DNA of 64,000 nt from Octopus sinensis (Eukaryota), in contig NC_042998.1 in NCBI RefSeq assembly GCF_006345805.1, positions 165,664,001-165,728,000 on the forward strand, in the 5' to 3' direction. Of this stretch, positions 55,324-64,000 are shown in pieces; the first letter of the stretch is position 1; each line of letters begins with the position of its first letter. The position numbers and the translations under genes are program-made. The notes below the pieces were generated by a model. That model saw only the letters and a list, made by a program, of their open reading frames with translations, made no database searches and had not been told where the DNA came from.

Positions 55324-55353
55324 TCTCTCTCCCTCCTCCCTCGCTCCCTCCTT

Positions 55354-55417
<64 letters not shown>

Positions 55418-56413
55418 ATAATAGCGAATCCAGCATTCAACAAACACGCATTTATCAAGGTACAGTGAAGATATATAAGACATTCTAAAGATTCTCCATC
55501 TGAGATTCTTAAGATGAATAGATGCTTACACGTGTGTGTGTACATCGGCATCTCAGACAACACACCAACTCAACCACATATTTACAAACACCGTGAACTC
55601 TCTTAAGAAGTCTTATCTGGGTATCGTCCAAGGGTGTGATATGTATGAATAGCTGCGTAAGTGTATATGTGTATGTATGTGTGTGTGCATGTGCGTTTGT
55701 GTGTGTGAATGTGTGCGTGTATAAATATTTTATATACACATGCATGTATTCACATATACTTACACAGACAGACAGACAGTTAGATAAATAGATAGATATA
55801 AACACAGATATACATAGAAGCATACATACATACATACATACATACATACATACATACATACATACATACATACATACATACATACATACATACATACATA
55901 CATACAGAAACTTTCACATCCCCTCCAACTTTTATACCTCAAAGCATGGAGTTTCTTTTCCACTTCCAGCTAGAGAGAGTCCAGTAATATTATTTTAACT
56001 AAACGGTCTGTTACGCGTAATTAATACCTAGTGACAGGCCGAAATAAGATGACCAGTAAACCCGTGAAACTGCAGGTTATACATCAGAGTGCCCCTCATC
56101 CAGAAGGACAGCTAGTGAGAAAAGCTAGTTGGTTTTACTCTACGCCCTGACACCAAACAAGGCTATTTCTGCGTCCCCACAGATTGAATGAAACCACGTA
56201 TGCTAGTTAACTCATAGCTGGGGCCCTGACAAGAGCTAATGCTCTGGGTTAGGGTTGGACTAGGAACAATAATAGCTAACAGGTGGTTCCACAGTATTCA
56301 AAAACCTAGGACTCTCGAAGCAGAGCTCTACAACCGGATACAGTTTTAAGCCAATTCAAAGAATTCATTACACAATGAGGATTTTAGATAATCGAACATA
56401 CGTGTATATATCT

Positions 56414-56505
56414 TAGCTCTCATCTTGGTACAGTGTACATTAAATGACATATATATATACATATATATGTATCATTTAATGTACACTGTTTCAAGATAAG
56501 AGCTA
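56414..56505. repeat. Short inverted repeat (~34-bp arms) around an (AT)n core
   Basis: tagctctcatcttggtacagtgtacattaaatga / tcatttaatgtacactgtttcaagataagagcta. Confidence 0.8.
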
Positions 56506-56830
56506 CTAACAGTTTCTTGTTATGAAGACATATGGCTAGGCAGGTTTTTATTACGCGTTTTGTGTCTCCAAGCAATTTACGGGCTTTGAGCACATGGTCA
56601 CTTCTATTTGAAAATCTAGCGTCCTGATTTTGAAATTGAACAAATCATGTTTTCGGAGCCTAAGAATTGCTAGGAGACACAAGGCAGGTTATAAAAACTT
56701 GCATGATAACATGTCTTCATAACAAGGAACTATTAGTAGCTCTTATTTTTATGCAGTATACATTAAATATTAATCTCTCATTGGACGGAGTAGTTTTTTT
56801 GTTGATCTTACCTAAACGAAGCAGTAAGTG

Positions 56831-56866
<36 letters not shown>

Positions 56867-56869
56867 CGC

Positions 56870-56905
<36 letters not shown>

Positions 56906-57017
56906 ATGCGTGTATACACTTATATATATATACACTTTTCTAAACAAAACTGTCCGACGAACGGGAACGTGAAACTCTGAGTACAGTTTTTGTGATATTT
57001 TGCTGCTTTTTAATAAA

Positions 57018-57092
<75 letters not shown>

Positions 57093-57659
57093 TATATATA
57101 CATGCATATATACATGCATACATACATACATACATACATACATACATACATACATACATACATCATACATACATACATACATACATACATACATACATAA
57201 CCACTGCCTAAATACTAATCTGAGAAATTAGGCTTCTCAAAACCAAAAAGAGGAAAGCTAAATCAAAGACTACAATTCATCACTGGAACGGTAAAAATAT
57301 GTAAAACTTTCCAGAAGTTTATCATTTAAATATATATGAGCATGTCTAGATATACAACTATATGCATGAGAATACATATATAAAGCATACATACATTCAT
57401 ACGGACATACATACATATATACATACATACACGCATGCATACAATACATACATACATACATACATACACATACATACATACATACATACATACATACATA
57501 CATACATACATACATACATACATACATACATACATACATACATACATACATACAAAAGCAATTTCAGAGGCGTACATGGTATTGTCAAAAGGACAAAAAT
57601 AGTATACGGATACAGCAAATGTAAGCACTTTTACAAAAAAAACAGCAATTACTTGTTGG

Positions 57660-58735
57660 TGAATAGGGCGCATACAAAACTTCCTTATAGAACATATTTT
57701 GGGTTTTCTCGCGAGTTGCAAAAACAAATAGGTTACGTTGGCTCCCCACTCGAGTGCAGCCAAAATATAGTTGACCATACGAGAAGCACGGTTCTTCTAA
57801 ATTAAGCCCTACGACCGTCAGCGTCTGGCCATATATTTTGTTAATCGACATGACGAAAATGAGCCGGAGAGGGAATTCCAGCCTTCTCAATGTGAAAGGA
57901 ATGTCTTTACCGGATGGTATGAAGACAGTATCCCCCAACCACATCCTGTAAGCATTTATTTCTTTATTGCCCACAGGGGGCTAAACATAGAGAGGACAAA
58001 CAAAGGGATTAAGTCGATTACATCGACCCCAGTGCGTAACTGGTATATATTTAATCGCCCCCGAAAGGATGAAAGGCAAAGTCGACCTCGGCGGAATTTG
58101 AACTCAGGACGTAGCGGCAGACTAAATACCTATTTCTTTACTACCCACAAGGGGCTAAACACAGAGAGGACAAACAAGAACAGACAAACGGATTAAGTCG
58201 ATTATATTGACCCCAGTGCGTAACTGGTACTTATTTAATCGACCCCAAAAGGATGAAAGGCAAAGTCGACCTCGGCGGAATTTGAACTCAGGACGTAGCG
58301 ACAGACGAAATACCTATTTCTTTACTACCCACAAGGGGCTAAACACAGACAGGACAAACAAGGACAGACAAACGGATTAAGTCGATTATATCGATCCTAG
58401 TGCGTAACTGGTACTTAATTTATCGACCCCGAAAGGATGAAAGGCAAAGTCGACCTCGGCGGAATTTGAACTCAGAACGTAATGGCAGACGAAATACCGC
58501 TAAGCATTTCGACCGGCGTGCTAACGATTCTGCCAGCTCGCCGCCCTGTAAGTAGTGTTGCCTCAGTAACATGTGGCATCGCCTTTTGGACGACCAGACG
58601 CATGTCGTTACAAAGCCTGGGGAGTTCAAAATTCCTGAGGATCACGACAGGGGCACTTTTCTTAAGTCGCAATAAGTGTGGTGGTAACCCGGGAGGGTCT
58701 AGGGAGTTAAGAAATTCTGTAGGGTAATTAACTCC
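57660..58735 (-). mobile_element. Helitron RepHel C-terminal PIF1-like helicase relic, interrupted by a SINE trimer
   Basis: VNYPTEFLNSLDPPGLPPHLLRLKKSAPVVILRNF..PRLCND.RLVV..MPHVTEATLLTG | CGWGDTVFIP..RRLEFPLRLIFVMSINK..GQTL..GLNLEEPCFSYGQLY..RVGS..YKEVL. Confidence 0.9.
57953..58544 (-). mobile_element. SINE family A trimer inserted into the Helitron helicase
   Basis: Junctions at 58129 and 58313 (184 apart). 8-bp TSD cctgtaag at 57945-52 and 58545-52. Confidence 0.92.
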
Positions 58736-58789
58736 CTATTCCACACTTAACTGTGGTACAATTACGCGAGGGAGACAACCGGGTGCAAA

Positions 58790-59830
58790 ATTAAATTCAA
58801 TAAAGTTAACTAAGCAAATTAAAGTTTAGCCAGGGGGATTTTAAAATTCGCTACTCCATTTGTAGGACATGAGTAACCGATGCGTCAACTTTCTTTTAAA
58901 TTGACTGTTATTTCTAGAAGTTAAAATGCGTTGCTGCGACCATAATATGAACTTTAAAAGTAGTCCAAAGGGGCTCACTGCCTTCCTTATAGGGTTCCCA
59001 TTCAGAATTCAAGTGATAACGAATGTGCGATACTTTATCTTATGGCAGGCAATAACCATAATAAAATCCCGAGGTTCTGATGCTGTTTTATTGTGGCTGT
59101 TTGAACTTTTATGGGTTAATGGTTTAGGCTCATTGTTCCCGAGGAGGTCCTCTTGCTGAATTGAAATGGAAGTAAATGTGCTTTACTGTATCTTCATCTG
59201 TAGTAAATGAATAACAACTGAGTCGAAATTCATTTTATAGGACTACCAATAGCCAAATTCAATAAATGATTCGCCGGGGCTTACTGCTCCATGGGGGTTC
59301 CCTTGCTTGATCCGGGTATAGACAGTTTTTTCAACATCATCTTTAGGCAATGGGTGATCAATGTGCCCCATAACGTTAAAATCGAACTCCAAAAGTTATC
59401 AAGTACTAATACAGTGTTAATGTGAACTTCAACATATAAGCCGAAGGGGTTTAGTGCTCCACCAGGGGTACCCTTGATAAGTTCAAGTAAAAGTTCATGT
59501 GTTCACCTTCCTCTGTGAGCCATGGGTAATCAATATGTCTCGTTTCGTGAAAACCAAACGCTAACCCAAGCAGTTATGATGTTTGCTTGCATTGATGATA
59601 TCAACTTCAACATTCATCAAAATCGCTTTACTGCCCCCCCCCCTTCCCCAAGGGGTCCTCTACCTGAATTTCTGCGCAAGTGCATGTCTGCAACTTTATT
59701 TGTGGGCCATAAGCAGACAAAAGATTAATTTTGGTGAAGATGGGAAGCAAACTGCAGGGACTATGGGGCCTTTATGCAGTAATCCAAGAGAGGGGCTTAA
59801 GGGGTTATCTACCCTTGGGGGCCCACAATC
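58790..59830. repeat. Highly diverged tandem array of 6-7 units of ~155-180 bp
   Basis: Recurrent (tg)aacttcaa / ggggcttactgc / ggggt(t)ccc / catctgtaggcaatgggtaatcaat blocks, with unit starts near 58791, 58946, 59100, 59253, 59421 and 59599. Confidence 0.7.
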
Positions 59831-61136
59831 GGAAAAATAAAATAGCTTATGGCGCGTAATAGGACTTCAGAAACTTATGCATGAAATTTGGTACAAATCG
59901 ATTGTAAAATGTAGAAATTCATGGAGTTACACAGAAATATATTTTCGTCTTTTGTGGAGGTTTTTTTTTTGTTTTTTAGAGTGTGAAAGGGGTGAGAAGA
60001 GCAAACATCTTTTATTACTATTTCTTACTATTATCCTTAGTTGATTATTAAATGGAAAAAGCAAAAGATGGGGTTATGAGAACTCAGAAAGTTAAAAGTT
60101 AATTGGTGGAAGAGGCGTTGTTCAGAAGTAAGGCATAGTAAGTGCGATAAAAGAGAGCAGTCGTGTGCATTAATATTTTAGCAGAGGATATCTAAACTCT
60201 ATGGGAGAAATAAGGACCATTGAGCCTTTTGCACTTTGTTTGTAAATGGGAAATTTACCTTTTTTGTTTTAGGTGTAGAATAGTGAATGTGTGTACGAAA
60301 ATTAAGTACTGAATATATTTACATTTGTTTTCTTCGCATTTCATGTTTTGTATAACTGTTTAAGATTCCTGGACTTCTTAAACCTGGAGAGTAAACTCAG
60401 TACTTGTATGTCATCTTAGCTTTTTAAATAGTTTTGGATTGTTATAAGACGGTATTAAAGAGTTTTCGGGATAAAACGTGCGTTATTCATAAATATATGA
60501 TGTAGAGTTGCTGATGTGTTTGCTTAAGCATCAGGTTTTTGTGGTTCTTTTACATAATCAAGGAGAATCAAATTTATAGAGGAAGAGAAAAATAGGTTTA
60601 CCTCTATCCCATAGTTGTAGACATGGTTGTGTGTTCAGAAGCTCGCTTTGCAACCATGTGGTTTAGGGTTCAGTCCTACTGCGCGACACCTTAAACAAGT
60701 ATCTTCTACTATATCCCCGAGCCGCCCAATGCCTTCTGAATGGTTTTGGTAGACAGAAACTGTGTGGAAGCCCTTCGTATATGTATGTGTTTGTGCTTGA
60801 CACACACCTCACTGCTTAACAGCCAGTGTTAATTTGTCTACGCCCCTGTAAATTAGTAGGTCGGTAAAAGAAATTGATAGAATAAGTACCATACTTTAAA
60901 AAAAATAAGTCCTGGGATCGATTTGTTCGACTAAAGCCTTCTGGGTTGTGCCTCAGCATAACCACTGGCCAATGACTGGAACAAATCAAAGGCAAAAACT
61001 AAAAAATTGCTAGAAGTCATCTGAAACATTTCGTAGAAACCATCAGGAGATTTTCATTAGCAACCAATCTATTTCTTTGTTATTGTTCTTTATTGATTTC
61101 TAATTTTCTTCTTTTCTATTTTTTCCCACATTTCAG

Positions 61137-61242
61137 GCCATTTTATGGCAATTTGAAAAACTGGCGAGTCGTCTTGGCTGAGGGAAACTTAGAGGTGAAA
61201 AGTGGGTCTGAAGTTTATCGCAAACTATCAAAAATTATCAGT
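61137..61242 (+). CDS. Next exon of the same serine protease (segment between His57 and Asp102)
   Basis: Long polypyrimidine tract ending tttcag|G and a perfect donor AGT|gtaagt. The first G completes the GG left by the upstream exon (GGG=Gly). It reads PFYGNLKNWRVVLAEGNLEVKSGSEVYRKLSKIIS, matching the typical W.V.LGEH.L....G.E....V.KII.H segment. Confidence 0.8.
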
Positions 61243-61769
61243 GTAAGTCTAATCCTTCACGTATCTTTGAATCTGCACTCCTCATCTTCTTTTACTTTCT
61301 ACTCCTATTCTTGTTTCCACCTTTAATACTTTAAGTTCAATTAAATTAAATTAATTTAATTCAATTTAATTTAATTGAACTTAATTTAATTTAATACACC
61401 CATTTTTTTTTTTACCGCCTTATTTCTCTACTGCTTTAAAAGAAAATTCTTTTACTGCTTTAATTCTTTCTTTTGGGCTTATCCGAGCATGAATGCTTCA
61501 ATAGGAAAGCACAAAACATTGTGCTAGCCTGGTACGCGATGATGTCTGTCTTTCTGTATTTTTCCCCTGACGAAGGAGGTATTATCTTGATGCACCCTAG
61601 TGCTTTAAACATAATAATACACCCCTGAAATGGCCATAGAGATTAAGTAAATATGGTTTCCTCTTTTTTAACTATAAGGCTTCTCTTACTTGAATAATTT
61701 TATAAGATTTCTAAACGATGAACTTTTATTTTATTTACATGATATATATTATATATTTTTTATATGCCT

Positions 61770-61803
<34 letters not shown>

Positions 61804-62095
61804 TATATATTTTTATATACCTATATATTTTTATATATTACTTTATATTATATTTTTACTTTCTAGATGTTGTAATGTTTTTTTTTTAAATGTATTTTTC
61901 TGAATCGCTAAAGTATTAACTCTAAACCGTGATGAACTTTTTTCGCGCACCTTATTATATGCTTATTGCTTGTACAGATGAATTATGTTCCATCTTGCGG
62001 GATGTTTAAATGTATATTCTATGATTAAATGCTCGAATTATGAAATGTTATGCGGATGACTTGCATTTGTTTGTTCTTTAACCTTAGTTTGATAC

Positions 62096-62186
<91 letters not shown>

Positions 62187-62262
62187 TATATATATATATT
62201 ATATATATTATACTTAAATATTTGTTGCAAGATTTTTTATGTGAAGTCGTGTGTTGAAACAG

Positions 62263-62695
62263 ATATTGTTATATTTCGGAATGGTCATATTGCCAGTTTA
62301 GCCATAAAAACACACGCACTATATATTTGGTGTTATTTTGCTTCAGTGTTATTTATTTTTTACATTAATCTTAATTATTTCGGCCAGAGTTCTTTCGTCA
62401 CACTCCTGTGACCGCATCAGTGGTCCTTGTTTCTTCTCACTTATTTGTGTCTCTCCTTACTAACCGTCAGCCATTTTGTATTTCTGACGGATAGTAAGGA
62501 GAGACACAAATAAGTGAGGAGAAAACAAAGGACCACTGATGCAGTCACAGGAGTTGTACGAAAGAACTCTGGCCGAAATAAGATTAGATTAATGTAAAAA
62601 ATAAATAACACTGAAGCAAAATAACACCAAATATATAGTGCGTGTGTTTTTATTGGATAAACTGGCAATATGACCATTCCGAAATATAACAATAT
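62263..62695. repeat. Long inverted repeat, ~210-bp arms, 13-nt loop (62471-62483)
   Basis: atattgttatatttcggaatggtc...ccgtcag / ctgacgg...gaccattccgaaatataacaatat. Confidence 0.95.
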
Positions 62696-63045
62696 ATATA
62701 TATATATATATCAATGTATGTATAAATGTATGTATATATATACACACATATATGTATGTATATATGTATATACATATATATAGTAATATTATACATATAT
62801 ATATGTATATATTATACATATATTGTATACAAATGTATATACGTATATATTCTATCGGCCTCTTTTGCCCGAACCGTTACGTTACGGAGACTGCAGTGGT
62901 CTTGCTATATATATATATATATTATATATATATATATAATATATATATATATAATATATATATATATATATCTGTAACTACATGTGGATTGTTGGCGATT
63001 TTTTTCCTCCGTCTTGCTTTTCTTTTGGACTTTCTTCTGTATCCT

Positions 63046-63081
63046 GTTTCTGAAGAAGAGGTTTGCTCGTAACGTAAAAAC
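63046..63081 (+). ncRNA. Degenerate minimal hammerhead-like motif in a Penelope-like terminal repeat
   Basis: gttt-CUGAAGA-a-gag-gtttg-ctc-GUAA-C-GUA-aaaac. GAAA is mutated to GUAA. Confidence 0.4.
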
Positions 63082-63188
63082 CCCTTTCTTTCCTTCCATG
63101 AGCGTCTTTAAATACTTTGCAATACCACGTCCTTGTGTTTTAGTTTTATCTTTTTGTTTTTTCTTCGATTTTTGGTGTGAGGGATTAC

Positions 63189-63245
<57 letters not shown>

Positions 63246-63442
63246 AGAAAGAGATACATACATACATACATATATTTATATATACATATACATACATATC
63301 ATATATATAATATATATACATATATATATATATATTATATATATATATATATATATATTTATATACATATATATATATATAATATATATTATTATATATA
63401 TACATATATAATATAATATTATATATATTATATATATCATAT

Positions 63443-63535
<93 letters not shown>

Positions 63536-63566
63536 TTTAATACAATTATAAATAAGGACAAAAGAA

Positions 63567-63760
63567 AAATTTTTTCTTTGCCAATATGCTGAAAAATAGA
63601 CGCTAACTCGTCTAACCACATCAAATATTTTCACTACATTATTACACCATCTGTGTAATAATATAGTGTAATAACATGGTGTAATAATATAGTGAAAATA
63701 TCTTATGTGGTTAGACGATTTAGCGTCTAGTTTTCAGTATACTGGCAAAGAAAAAAATTT
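63567..63760. repeat. Inverted repeat, ~85-bp arms, 25-nt loop
   Basis: aaattttttctttgcca...attacaccat / atggtgtaat...tggcaaagaaaaaaattt. Confidence 0.88.
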
Positions 63761-63969
63761 ATTTGCTCATTTTTTATATTTATATTTTCACCTTAAAAGG
63801 TACTTTTCATATGCTGGCCACTGATAGAATATTTCAGTAAAAATATTATGTTTATATTATGTTTAGAACTATACATATATTTGTATACATATATATACAT
63901 ATATTTATATACCATATATATATATATATATATATACATATATTTATACATATATACATATATACATAC

Positions 63970-64000
<31 letters not shown>

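Larger units (their letters stand above)
33513..61136 (+). other. Inferred 27,624-bp GT-AG intron of the protease gene, filled with transposons
   Basis: The flanking exons are phase-compatible and give a contiguous protein motif. I found no intervening protease-like exon by eye. Confidence 0.72.

Noticed and set aside
59290-59302. GGGGGTTCCC NF-kB-like and TCCCnnGGG COE-like sites in the diverged array
   Set aside because: Short motifs recur simply because the units are homologous, and there is no independent evidence of regulatory function.
61331-61384. Perfect 22-bp inverted repeat
   Set aside because: It is built from an (AATTT/AAATT)n low-complexity pentamer, so self-complementarity is expected.
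62905-63624. Longest ORF (239 aa) and the many YI/CV/MYVC/ER/SL-repeat ORFs
   Set aside because: They are translations of (AT)n, (TG)n, (TATG)n and (CT)n microsatellites, which lack stops.

Overview
This is AT-rich eukaryotic DNA, dense in microsatellites and transposons. The repeat repertoire resembles octopus (coleoid cephalopod) genomic DNA; that assignment is my recollection of these families, not a database result. The only host gene I can support is a plus-strand S1 (trypsin/chymotrypsin-fold) serine protease. It is seen as two short exons that the ORF track does not annotate as exons: 33335-33512 (CG..Y|IIGG..WPWQVSL..CGGVL..TAAHC) and 61137-61242. They are phase-compatible across a 27,624-bp intron, and the Asp102 and Ser195 exons lie outside the window. 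The rest is mostly mobile DNA: several tRNA-derived SINE families (one forming ~184-bp multimers with an invariant junction), R4/Dong-like, RTE and other LINE relics, a full-length but disrupted DD34D mariner nested in an R4/Dong RT, a Helitron helicase relic, a Helentron-type non-autonomous element and hAT MITEs. There is also a 1.5-kb tandem duplication and several long fold-back palindromes. The most unusual signals are minimal Penelope-type hammerhead ribozyme motifs (one with an apparent U3-A8 compensatory core) and a highly diverged ~155-175-bp tandem array abutting the Helitron relic. Nearly all listed ORFs are microsatellite or SINE artefacts. All alignments were done by eye, and coordinates of degenerate repeats are approximate.
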